Of a DNA stretch of 64,000 bases, positions 1 to 11,749 are shown piece after piece. How positions within the stretch are numbered: the first letter of the stretch is position 1; every line of letters begins with the position of its first letter. Source of the DNA: Podarcis tiliguerta (Eukaryota). The stretch lies in NCBI GenBank assembly GCA_965153285.1, contig OZ229115.1, one strand, 5' to 3'. A program made the translations under genes and the position numbers. The notes beneath the pieces were generated by a model that had not been told where the DNA came from, ran no database searches, and saw only the letters and a list, made by a program, of their open reading frames with translations.

Positions 1-116
1 ATCCTGGTCTATGGGTTTATCCTATTTCTTATATAACCTGCTGGAGCACAGTGGCTCAGCAGTATATTTGGAATGAATGGTATTACAGCATTTTGTATCT
101 CTTTCCCCTCCCTTAG

Positions 117-236
117 TTGCTTTCTAATAAATACTGCTGATCGCATAATCAGAGTTTATGACGGTCGGGAAATCTTGACTTGTGGTAGAGATGGAGAACC
201 AGAGCCAATGCAAAAGCTGCAGGACTTGGTGAACAG
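117..236 (+). CDS. RBBP5: RBBP5 exon (WD40; [39 protein letters not shown])
   Basis: ccttag| ... AACAG|gtag. Confidence 0.95.
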
Positions 237-3200
237 GTAGGAATTATCTGTCTTGAGTCAGGGGCATGTGCGTTTCAGTATTCAAAGGCCCTACTGCTAG
301 TTTGTCCTCTGGTATAACTTCATTTCCCGAAGCTTGAAAAACAAGCATTCTACCCCCTAAAGACCCTGAGTGTTGTTGTTCCAAAGGAACTAGGTCCAGA
401 TTGCCTGCTTCCTGGCTCTCAGAGCCCTTTCTTCTGCAGTAAAGCAGGATCCCCTTTCTATATTGTGCAACACTGTCCACAATTACTTTTTGAATGGGGG
501 GGGGGGAGAGAGAGAGAGAGAGATGAGTCTTCTGTAATCCAAAAAATAGGCTGTATTTTTTTTTACTTAAATTCAAAATATAATCTCTAACATAGCATCA
601 TGTAGTGTAAAGAGAAGCCTGAGATTCATAGACAGGGCAGTGTTTGGATTAATTGCTGCCTTTACTACATTTATAAAACATCTTTCTGCCAGTGCACCCA
701 AGGCAGTTAAAAGTTTTAAATCTTCATTATTGCTATTATTTCTTCTAGTTGTTAAACACTTCATAAACAAGTTTTCTAGGCATTGTACAAGTTGATTTAA
801 AACATAACAATTATATTGTAAAACCTGCAGTCAATCTTAAATTTCCAACCCAGGATGAAACCCAAATGCAAAAAGCCAGCACAATAAAATGCAACACAGA
901 TCACAGGAGCTTAAAACAGCCATCGGTTAGCAGATCTAAAACCACTAAGATGCACTACAGTTAAAGCCTTCAAATGCCCTGCAGAACAGAAAACTCATAG
1001 TCTGGGAAGAGGAAACTAAGATAGTCATGGCCAGTCGTCTGTGGGTGGGGGCAACGGGGTGGGCATGTGGCATTTGGGGGTGTTTTGCTATCTCACCTTT
1101 CCCTCTGATGCAGCTAGGTTGTTTGGCTGCTAATGAAGATAGAACTGGTTTTTGCTAGGCTGGTGGGGACGGGGGCTCATCTCAATGCTCCCTTTGAAGC
1201 AGCCAGATGGAATGATGGGAGTTGTTGACAGTTCCTTGCTTAGCTGCCAGCCAGGTCCTTCTCACAGTTTTTAAGTCGCTCCTCTGCACCAGCTACTGTC
1301 TTATTATTATATTTTTCTATAAGTTCACATCAGTTCTGGTTGCTTACAAAAGCGACTGAACACAGCATCAAAGTCTGCAACAACGCAATAGCAAGGCAAG
1401 TGAAGCAACGGCAACCTGCATATAGTTTTTCAAGCTTTCTTATTTTGTTTTAGATTTGTTTGCGTGAGACTTAAGATCAAAGAAGTTATTTTGGGGGATG
1501 TATCCTGACTTGACCGATTTGTATAACTTGCATTGTGGAATTTACTATTTGCGGTTTCAGAGAAGCCCACTTCCAGCTATGCATCATCATCATTTAACAA
1601 TTGCAATTCTTTTGAACCCTTGCTTCTCCCTAGTGTACACTTGAACAAGGTTCTGTTAATTGCTATTTCTACAGGACGCCTTGGAAGAAATGCTGTTTCT
1701 CTGGCGATGGGGAGTACATTGTTGCAGGGTCAGCACGTCAGCATGCTTTGTACATCTGGGAGAAGAGCATTGGGAACTTAGTGAAAATCCTCCATGGCAC
1801 AAGGGGAGAGCTGTTGCTAGATGTGGCAGTAAGTACTGCATTGCCTCCTTCTAACAGGATTCACGGCTTTGGGCCAGACTGTATTTTAAAAAATGTACCA
1901 CTTTTCTTCCCTCTTTCTGGTATAATCTAGTGGCATCCTGTCCGACCCATCATCGCTTCTATTTCCAGTGGTGTAGTATCCATATGGGCTCAAAATCAAG
2001 TGGTAAGTAGTACTGATGCATTTTCTTCCATTTCTACACTTTAATTTCCCTGGATGACCCTTATTTCATTGGTCATTCTGGTTTTATTTTTTGCCATTAT
2101 TTGCATAAGCTTTTACACTGCAGGACCAACATCTTTCTAAAAATACCAGAGAGAATCAAATAATTTCAATACTGATAAAAAAACTGTTTGTAGCCAGAGG
2201 GTTGCAAGAATGATTTTCACTGAAGAGAGAAGAAAAATGGGAAGAGATGAAAGAGATCCTGATTTCACGTTACGTAAAACAAGTAACTAGCCCTCTTGTT
2301 TAGTAGGCCTTGTGACTCTGTATCTCAAAGAAGGACTGGTCCTATGATGTCGCACATGGTTTGTGGCACTTTGGTGCATAGCTCGGGTGTGATTATATAG
2401 CTGCTGTACCAGGGCACGAACGTAAAATGTTCTTTGGATTTGTGGCTTAGGAAAACTGGAGTGCCTTTGCACCTGATTTTAAGGAACTGGATGAAAATGT
2501 AGAATATGAAGAGCGAGAGTCTGAGTTTGACATAGAAGATGAAGATAAGAGCGAGCCAGAGCAGACAGGTAAAGAATGCATTGACTGAAATTGCCCAGTG
2601 TAAAAGTATATGGACTGTGTATAGCTTTGCATCCTTATTGTGTAGCATCAGCCCAGATTACCCCCTTCCTCTGCCCCCAGAACTGGAGGTGCAAGCAATC
2701 TTCGCCTCTTGGTGCACATCAGGGTACAAGATAATACTGAGGTACAAAAAGCACCTCAGTATTATTCTCTCAAACTGTGTGTGAATGGCAGAGTAAAAAA
2801 CGCAATAACCAGTGATGCCCTTTCTGAGTTTGATGATATACCGTATTGGCCTTAAAATAAGCCACACTTTCCCCCCAAATTCCAACCGTGAAAAGTTTAA
2901 GTGTGGCTTATATTTGCAACCTTACGGTATGCAGCCAGGAGTGTGGCAAAGTGGCACCGGTCCCACGTCCTCTAACCCAAAGCCGGAAAGGGAGAGAGCA
3001 ATGAAGAGGAAAGGCCACTGGCAACGCAATGCGGCTCCCCCCCACCCCGGCCCAGTATGCAGCCAGGAGCAGCGAGGAAAGGAGCAGTTTATATTCGGGT
3101 ATTTTTCCTTTTTGTCTTTCCCCTCCCCCCCCAATTTTAAAGGTGCGGCTTATATTTGGGTGTGGCTTATATTTAGGCCAATACGGTATTAGTATTTTTT

Positions 3201-6200
3201 TGTATCTTGTCCACCTCAGGAACATTTTGTATTCAAGGTGTGAGATACAAATTTAACAGTTCTTCTGATTTAACACAGCTTGAGCCTTTGAATCTATAGG
3301 CCACATATCAAGACCCATTTCACGGCCCGTCTAGTATAAGGGTTAGCAAACTGTTTCTAGTTTTTGCCGCTACTACTCCTTATTCTGTGCTGTTTTGGGA
3401 TCCCAGGTTAATTATTCCAGTACCCAAACTACCCGCTAGGTAATTTTCATTTAGTTTTGTTTCCAGAGAATGCCTTTGCATCTAGGAAGGCTGAGCACCC
3501 TAGACTTCCTTTCCAGTGGTGCTGATGAGTCTTCCGTTACTGATGCTTATATTGTCTTCAGTCCTTACTTCCTATACTCGTGGGTTCTTGCAGTCCAAGG
3601 TTCTTGTCTTCTGTTCTTCCCTAGTTATCTGTTGCATTTTTCAGCCAAGCAAGAATTCTTGTTCCGATTCTTTACTTCCAGACTTCTAGTAGCCATCTGT
3701 TTGATGTCTTCAGAGAGTTGTTATCCTACTGATCAAGGTTCTGTGGGCATTTAAAACTACTGCTGGTGCTTAATGGCTTGTTCACTGACAGCTGATTTAG
3801 CTGCAATCTGGTCCGACACAAACCGCAGTCCTGCAGAATTAAGCAGGTACTTCCTAGTATTTGGAAAAAGGGGACTTAATTACTGAAGTCGGTGCAAAGG
3901 CTCACATTCCACTTAATTTTCACCTTTGCAAGATTTATGTTTTAACAATGTACCTAGGCAAACAAGCTTCAGTAATTCATGACATGTCATAGCTGTTGCT
4001 AGGGAAACAAGGTTGAATGTAAGGCAATAAAAGCACAGATTTGTGGTGGTGCCAAACAAGGTAAGTATACAGCAGGATTTTTTAAAAAAAAGTCTGGAGA
4101 AGAAAAGAGGCTCACTTCTCATTGCCATTTTTTCCCATTGCCAATTATTTTGTAAGAAGTTAGGCATCAGAACAGCATGAGTTTAATTTTGTGACATAGG
4201 GCTTATTTAGGCATTAGATGAAGCTTGGCAATGAGACCTCTCTGTTGCTGCCAACTTATGATTTAGAATTTCTTTGGTTATCAGGTGCTGATGCTGCGGA
4301 GGATGAGGAAGTGGACGTCACCAGTGTAGATCCCATTGCTGCTTTTTGTAGCAGGTGAATGTGGCGGCGGCGAGGGTGTTGAAAGACTGCGCACAATAAA
4401 TATTTGCTGATCACTAAAAAGATATGTTCACTAGGACTGTCAACTAATTAAAGAAATCTTAGTTACGGGTTTTAATAGATGAACAGTGCAGTTCTGTGCA
4501 GGCTTACTCTGAAGAAAGTCACCCTGTGTTCAGTAAGACTCTCCCTGGCTAGGCCAGTTAGGATTGCAGAGTAAATATGCATATCTTTTCATATGAGCAA
4601 GGCAGAGGCTCCCTATGAACCTATTTAGGCTCCCCAGGCCTTCCCATTGGGCTGCTGTGTGGTTTGGCTCAAATCATAGCCACCTGACCATCACCTGATG
4701 TCACTCGACAGGTAAACTTGGTTCTTTCCTTACAGCTTCTAGTAGAGTTCGGTGTTTCTTGAATTTGGCTCCTTTTTCTGTCATCCTGCAGCAACAGAAA
4801 AAGATGCCAAATTCAAAAAGGGCCCAATTGCATATGGAAAGGAAGAGTTGCTTAGAAATGCTCCCAGTTCTTCCTTTACAACTCAGCTTGAATTCAAACC
4901 AGGCTGCAAAGGAAGAACGGAGAGGACATTTCAGATTCTACCTTTGAAGTTGAATCACCTGACCTCCATATGATTTACAGGTGAGCAGCCCCACCCACCA
5001 GTCAAAATGACCTGTAGGAGAAGTTCTGGATCTAGTGTGGCCAATGGCCAGGGATAATGGGGGTCATAGTTAGCAAAATCTGAAGGGCCATGGGTTAGCC
5101 ATTCCTGCTGTAGAGTGTGTCTAAATGGCTAATTTTGGAGGTCAGTGTAGCTCTTGTTCTGGATAAGAACACAAGAACAAAATTGTGTTTGTGTGTATTT
5201 TTTCAATCCTGTAGCATGAGTTCTGTGTGTTTAATGGGAAAAAATAAATTTTCCTTGGCAGCGATGAAGAATTGGAAGACTCCAAAGCTTTGTTGTACTT
5301 GCCTATTGCTCCTGAAGTGGAAGACCCGGAGGAAAACCCTTATGGTCCTCCACCAGATGCAGTGCAGACCGCCTTACCTGATGAGGGAATAGGCTCTGAA
5401 AAGAAGAGGCAGTCTTTGTCTGATGGACCTCAGCCACCAAAGAAGAAACCTAAAACAACCAACATAGAACTGCAGGGAGTACCCAATGATGGTGAGGGAG
5501 AATTGCTATCATTGCTGCTGTCCAATATCTTCATAACTTCAGATTATATTAGAACTTAGCGAAAATGGCTGTGAGTGGTAAATAAGTCCTTTCTCAGCTT
5601 GTGCCATTACGATTGACAGGGCGTTTGAACTGCTAGATAAGCTAGGGTTGCCATATTTCAAAAAGTGAAGCGAACACAAAAGTTGTTGAGTTTTTTTAGA
5701 GTTTTGCCCTAAGTTGTTGAGCTTTGCAAAATCTTAAAAAAGAATGAAGTGGTTGAACTATTTTTAAGGGAATTCAGCAAAATCTAGACTTCCAACGTGG
5801 GTTTGCCATGCGTCCAGATCTTCCTGGACATTTCCGCAATTTCCACCTGGACACTGCTTCCGACAGCCACTATATCCAGGAAAATCCAGGCGTATGGCAA
5901 CCCTAATTTAAGCAAGTAAGATCCCTATGTTTCTTGTCCTCTTATATCTCATTATCTTACTCACTTGGGGCTAACAGTACTGAATCTTTCCTCACGTGCT
6001 TAGAATTTTTGCCTGGCTGCACTCCTCATTATAGGCATTCCTCGTATCTGTGACCACTGAATGGAAATTATGGTCAATTAGCTCAAGTACTTGTTTAGTA
6101 ACCTATGGTGTTATACATTTCCTCTAAAGCACCTGAACCAGGTGCTGTCTTGACCTGAGTAGACCAGTTTATTCTTCGGTTCTATACAACAAACTGCTGG

Positions 6201-9200
6201 CAAACTCAACTTAATTCTAACTTCCAGCTCATCCTACTGTCCTAAAATGATTCAGAAACGCTGCTCTCCCTTTCTTATTTCTAAAAAAAGAGAAAAATGC
6301 CATAAGTCCCCTTTCCTGTGTCATGGCACGAGCCTTCAGAGATCTGCAAAGTACACAGGGCGAGTAAATGCACTGTAAACTGAAAAAATGTACTTCCTGT
6401 TCCAAACCTGCCTCTTCCTTCGCAGAAGTCCATCCGCTTCTGGGTGTGAAAGGAGATGGTAAATCCAAGAAGAAGCAAGCAGGCAGGCCTAAAGGATCAA
6501 AAGGTAAAGAGAAAGATTCTCCATTTAAACCGAAACTCTACAAAGGGGACAGAGGTTCTTTACCTCTGGAAGGAGCAGCGAAGGGTAAAGTGCAGGCGGA
6601 GCTGGGACAGCCTTTGCCAGGTAAGGACCCAGCGTGAGCGTCTGCTTGCTTGGTGACCTTGCTTCGTACAGACATGGCATAGCCTTAGCACTTTAGCTCC
6701 CCAAACGGCATTTGCTTGCTGAGTGTTTTAGCTGCTCTGCTTTCAAGGACAGACAAAATTTTGCTTCTTGGAACAGGACGGTTGCCCTCGTTGCCGCAAA
6801 TAACAATAGGCACCCACAAGTTGTAGGCACATCAAGTAAATAACGCGAAGGCTGAGAAAAATAAGACGTGTCATACAGAAATGGCATCAAGCCATTAACT
6901 TGCGGGTTCTCCTCCTAGGACTGTGCATCATTGGCGCCGCACAACCCAAATTTGCTAGTCGTGAAGGCTGTTTGGAGTCCAAAGCAGAGATAAAAAATGA
7001 TGGGGAGCATGCACAGCTAAAATATTGTTGCGTGACACTCTTGTGAAATATCTGATGCTTCAGAAAAAGAAAAGATTAAAGGGGAAAAGGGAGTAGCTAT
7101 CCCACAGTAGCATTTCTGGTGACTGTGGTTGAGTTTCATTGCCTATGAAAATTTAGTGATGTGTCCATATTACGGATCCATGCTCTGGACAGTTGCTTGC
7201 TAGTTGGAAGGTTGCTACCAAGAGTTTTAAAACTGGCTCTATGTATTTTATCTAAGCAAGTTCAATAATACTGGCAGTAAGTTGAATGCGAGAGTTCAAC
7301 ATCCCATTACTTCAGTGCTATGCAGGTGATCAATGCCCATATTTTACCCCCCTAATTGTGTGTAAATTTGGGGAAGCTGCTTTCTGCCCAGTTTGACAAA
7401 GTTCAAGGAGGCAGGAGAAAATGGGTTTTGCAAGGAATAGGAAGTGACTTTTGATCATATTTTATATAAAAATTGTTACACGTAATAGGGATTCAGATGT
7501 GATATGTATGTGCAAAATTTTGTATGTCCTTGAAGTTCAGCAGCTATTGCTGTGAATTTTTTTTTATAATCTCCAGAACAGCTATTTTTTTTAACCCTTT
7601 CTTTCCCTCACTGCTGGTCCTGTGTTACCCAGCTTGCTCATTGTCCTTCCTGCTCTGCTCCTGTTAAGTTGCTTTTGTAGTATTAATAAATGCATTGAGT
7701 TATTGCTTACAAGTGATGCAATGAACAAAATGTGGCAGCTTTCCAAAGCAGAAATCTGTTTGATTTGTTGTTTTCCTGCTAACTTATGTTTGTTCTGTAG
7801 CTTCTCAACAAAACTGTTTTAGTAAGTACTCAGTGGCAGAACTTCTTGTAAGACACCCCCTCCCCTCCAAAAGGTACCCTTGAAGTTTTGCAGAAATGAG
7901 GTTGAGATCAAATGGCACCATGCTACACATTTTCTGAAATCTTAAACTATAGTAGGTATATGCAGGAGAGCCACCATGTTAATAAGTATGGGTGGTATCT
8001 GACTAAATCATACTTGAAACAGGCCCATCAAAATGAATGGGCAAGTTAACATTTGCCAGCTTAAGTCCATAGATTTCCATGAGTCTGCTCTGAAGAAGTC
8101 AGATACCATCCATTAATTGTTCATGTTTTTGACAATGCAAACATATTACTTGGACAGAGCAGAATTAGCGGCCAAATCCTTAAAGAAAAAAACCACACAC
8201 AATTTTATAGATTTGTTTAGAAGTTTGCAACTATGAAGTCTTTGTGACTTTATTTGGGGAGTGTTACAGAACCATGCAAGCTGATGCAGAAATAGATGCC
8301 TGCACATGAGAGGAGGCAAGAAACCAAGTTAACGGGATGCCTGTGCCAGAAGAACAGTATTTCATCTTTCCTCCTGGTGTGGGCTTACTGTCAAATTGGT
8401 GCTTTGGGGTATCCTCTGTTAGACTCAGATACAACTTCTGTATTCAGAAATGTTGACGCACTCAAGGCGTGAACTGTAGAGCAGGTGCTCTGCTTTTCAC
8501 AGTCAAGCTCTGGCCTGTTTTTGGTTGTTGATTAAAAATGCTTAGGAAAATGCTTGTCTTGTCTTCAACAACTTTCTGGGGGAAAATAGGAAGCTACCTT
8601 AGAGTGCATCAAACCCTTAGTCCTAGCTCAGCATTGTACTTGCTGACTGGCAGTGGCTGTCCAGGATATTAAGCAGAAGTCCTTTTCTGCCTAACCAGGA
8701 GATGCCATGGATTCGACCCGTGGCTTTTTGCAAGGAAAGCATGTGATCTACCACTGAATGGTGGTTTTTCTCCTATGCAACATGCTTTCCCTTAAGTGTA
8801 ATATTTTGAAGCAGGGGTAGCAAACTGGCAGCCCACAGGCCTCTGAAATATCCCTCTCGTGACTTGTAAGCAGCTGTACCAGATTTGAATGAAGGTATGT
8901 TTTTCTTTTAAAAAAAGGTTGAAGAAAATACTATTTTAAAAACTGTAAGGGAGAAAAGAGATCCCTTATTTTAATACCACACGATCCAAATGTAGTCCTT
9001 ACTGCTAGGTGGCTGCTTTATTATAGAGTCATGGCATCCTTAAATGGGGTTGAGTTTTGTGGCAAAAATATGCTTCCTCCTTTGGACCATTGCTGGGAGA
9101 GTGGCTGTCAAGAGGTCATTTGTTTCATTTGCTGGTGTTCAGTCAAGACCGTCAGACATAAAAATCTTGATACTGAATGCCTCATCCACTGACAACCCCC

Positions 9201-10234
9201 TTATTATTAAGTAAAATGTGCCAGAAAAAGTTCCTTATGGAACTTTCCTGCTTTAGGATTTAAAAGGGTTTATTTAAGTTCATTCTGTTGGTTTGTGTGG
9301 GAAGCCTTGCAGTCCAAGCCACTAGGCCTTAGTGTTTGAGGTTCCATTTTGAATTCCAGGCTCCATCTTGGAGGAGACACAAGCTGCCTCCTCGTGGCTC
9401 ATCCCAAACCTAATGATTTTAATCACTCAGAAGTGCCATCTACTCCCAGGAGGGATTGAGCTGTTAGGCAGCTCCCTGACTTACTGCTCTATTCCTATTG
9501 AGGTTCAAAGCCTTCTTAGGCTCAAGTGCCATGCAACATATTTATATACAACTGTCTTGATTCAGGAAAAGATATAACTGTAAACATGGCTTTAGTCTCG
9601 GTATGTACTTGTAAGTAGCCATATCAAGACTCCATTGTTCAAAAGCACATTTCAACTTGTGCTTTTTAGTCTCTGAAAAATTTGAGCTCAGAAAAGGACC
9701 GAACACTGTGCTGCTTCCTTACCTTGCACAGATCACAGATAATAAATTGATATCAAGCTGTAATCATCGCACACCTCCTGCCTCAACTGCCTGCCTGCGC
9801 TCCACATCCTCAATAATCCCTTCCCTCTCCCCATGCAGAGTTCACAGACAGCAAGTGTGCTTACTAGCTACAACACAAGTCTGTACAACTTCCTTATTCC
9901 CTAGACTTAAACCAGGTAAGCTTGCAGAAATCCCAGTGGCAGGGAATTACTGAGTTTCTCAAGGATCTTATCCAGTTCTGACATCCCTTTTTCAAAAACC
10001 TTTTTAAAGACTTCTAATCAGAAGCATAGAAATGAAGCATCATAACATGTTGGACAAAAGCTTCCCCTTTAACCTCTCTGCGTCAGTTGGGAGTGGTCTT
10101 GTACAATCCAGCTTCTGGTGTTGCAGGTATCTGTGAGAGTCCTTTTAAAAATGTTGTTTTTTAATATTCAAAAATATCTGATTTTTGGTTTGGTGTTTCT
10201 TTTAGCAGGTGGTGGTATTTCAGAGCTATTATGA
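117..10234 (+). CDS. RBBP5: RB binding protein 5 (COMPASS/MLL WRAD subunit), 3' part: join(117-236,1675-1828,1931-2002,2451-2568,4285-4354,5262-5491,6426-6620,10206-10234); 5' exons lie upstream of the window
   Basis: Spliced translation [16 protein letters not shown]...[19 protein letters not shown]...[14 protein letters not shown]...[32 protein letters not shown]...EEVDVTSVD...[15 protein letters not shown]...AGGGISELL* matches RBBP5 from memory. All introns are GT-AG with consistent phases. Confidence 0.97.
1675..1828 (+). CDS. RBBP5: RBBP5 exon ([12 protein letters not shown]...ELLLDVA)
   Basis: ctacag| ... GCA|gtaagt. Confidence 0.95.
1931..2002 (+). CDS. RBBP5: RBBP5 exon ([24 protein letters not shown])
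   Basis: atctag| ... GTG|gtaagt. Confidence 0.95.
2451..2568 (+). CDS. RBBP5: RBBP5 exon ([39 protein letters not shown]; activation segment/ASH2L-binding acidic box)
   Basis: gcttag| ... ACAG|gtaaag. Confidence 0.95.
2841..3186. mobile_element. Tc1/mariner (Tc2/pogo-type) MITE
   Basis: About 27-bp imperfect TIR ccgtattggccttaaaataagccacac / gtgtggcttatatttaggccaatacgg, flanked by a TA duplication. Confidence 0.85.
4285..4354 (+). CDS. RBBP5: RBBP5 exon ([22 protein letters not shown]; WDR5-binding VDV motif)
   Basis: tatcag| ... GCAG|gtgaat. Confidence 0.95.
5262..5491 (+). CDS. RBBP5: RBBP5 exon ([26 protein letters not shown]...QGVPND)
   Basis: tggcag| ... GATG|gtgagg. Confidence 0.95.
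5643..5905. mobile_element. hAT-type MITE
   Basis: 13-bp perfect TIR tagggttgccata / tatggcaacccta; degenerate 8-bp TSD agataagc/atttaagc. Confidence 0.8.
6426..6620 (+). CDS. RBBP5: RBBP5 penultimate exon ([26 protein letters not shown]...ELGQPLP)
   Basis: tcgcag| ... CCAG|gtaagg; internal in-phase donor AAG|gtaaag after 6503. Confidence 0.93.
6919..7046 (+). CDS. RBBP5: Candidate alternative last exon of RBBP5 ([42 protein letters not shown])
   Basis: Branch-like cattaac, pyrimidine tract and AG at 6917-6918; open in phase 1 for 42 codons; AATAAA at 7685-7690. Confidence 0.5.
7989..8112. mobile_element. Short palindromic MITE-like element (related copies about 45629-45751 and 63879-63978)
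   Basis: TIR tgggtggtatctgact / agtcagataccatcca (15/16 match). Confidence 0.6.
8610..8765 (-). mobile_element. Degenerate tRNA-Ala-derived SINE
   Basis: Reverse complement resembles the copies at 28595 and 52153. Confidence 0.55.
10206..10234 (+). CDS. RBBP5: RBBP5 last coding exon (AGGGISELL*)
   Basis: ttttag|cag tandem acceptor; matches the mammalian end AGGAISELL; TGA at 10232-10234. Confidence 0.9.
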
Positions 10235-11725
10235 AGACTTCCCAACCTTCCTCACCTTTCCTTATTCAGTCAGATAATGGACTGACTTTAAGCTACTATG
10301 GTCAGGACAAGTGACCTGGCTACCGGGGACAGTAAAAAAAGAGGAAAATGCAAATTATGGAAGAGGAAAATGCCCCCCCCCCAATCCTCTCTTCCTGCTA
10401 ACAGTGAACAAACTGTTGACTCTCAGGAAAGAAGATTTGTAGAGAACCTGATGGAAAGGAACTGCTTTTTGCTGGTTAGTCTGCATTTGCTCCCCAAAGT
10501 ACAATGAAGTCTGTCACAGGACGAGAAGACCTGCTTGCCTCCAAGTTTAAGGTCTTTTAGTTTCTGTTGCATCATTCAGTTCTCAAGAGGATGATTGTCG
10601 TGTCTCCATGAAGACCCATCATGCTGCTGTGGATCCCAGCACATTCCTATTGCAGTGTTGCTAGTTTAAGCAAGCTACTCTTTGCACCATTATTTCCTCT
10701 GCATTATTCACACTGGTTTGTATTGACTTGGTAGACATGCTTTTTAGGTACCCTTTATACAGCAAGACAACTTACCTTACAGGTTGCCTACTTTTGCCGG
10801 TTTGGAACAGACATTTGGAATCCAAATGACTCCAAAGAGGTTTATAACTGATTGGATACTGATTGCAAGAACCAGGGAGGGCACAGTGGACGTATATCTA
10901 GAGAGAAAGAAGAGGGTTGGGATGATGTCGGGCCAAAGCATGAGTGGCACACGTCTCAGCATGTTTCCATGCTGGACTTCTATAGCTCAAGAGACGCTCG
11001 TTTTCTCTCCACTCGAGGATGTGCCAGGCAAATGAGCATCTCCCTGGGAATGTTTAGATGAATCTGCACACAAAACATGGGAATACACTGCTTAAGTCAT
11101 TTATGTTTCTGCTTTGTGTTCTATCCAAAGCCATCCAGAGATTTCCGTTTTTGGCTGGGCCTGTATTAGAAAAGGTTGCATCCTGCATTTTCTTTTCTTG
11201 CCATTGCAGTTGTTTATCCAAACTCTTATCAATCTCCTAAATCAGGAGATTTATTCCCCCCCCCCCCCGCCTACCCAATCTCCAGAATATACATGAACAT
11301 CTTACAGGAGGTTCAATTGGCCCATGGGATGCATTGGGAAATGCAGAGATAAAATGTGCAAACTAACTTCAAAATATTGATTTGAAGTCCCATATATTTT
11401 ACTGTATGATATAATTTATGCCATCCCCAACCACCAGGTGTTCTGTGCAGCCTTCCGCTGTATAGTCCTACTACTTTCTACCTGCCAGTCCATTCAAAGA
11501 TGGGAAGGCTGCTTGGGTAGCAATCCCTGCTCTGCATAATATGGTGTCCTGGATTCCAACCAGCTTCTGCAGGTTTCTCTACTTCAGTGTCCATCGCTTA
11601 GTTTTCTTTCAGGCTTGCTTTAATTATTTTGATATTCCTGTAGCTTGTACAAAACCTGCCAGATAGTGTGATTGGTTGCTAGTTATTCATAAAGTACTGC
11701 TGTGATGGTAGCATTTGTGTTTGTA

Positions 11726-11749
11726 AATAAAGAAGTATGTTTTATTAAA
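11726..11749 (+). terminator. Probable RBBP5 poly(A) signals (AATAAA 11726-11731, ATTAAA 11744-11749)
   Basis: Hexamers about 1.5 kb after the stop, followed by U/GU-rich sequence. Confidence 0.6.

Noticed and set aside
7026-7046. CaaX prenylation motif at the end of the alternative RBBP5 exon
   Set aside because: The peptide ends CCVTLL; the last Cys is fifth from the end, not fourth.
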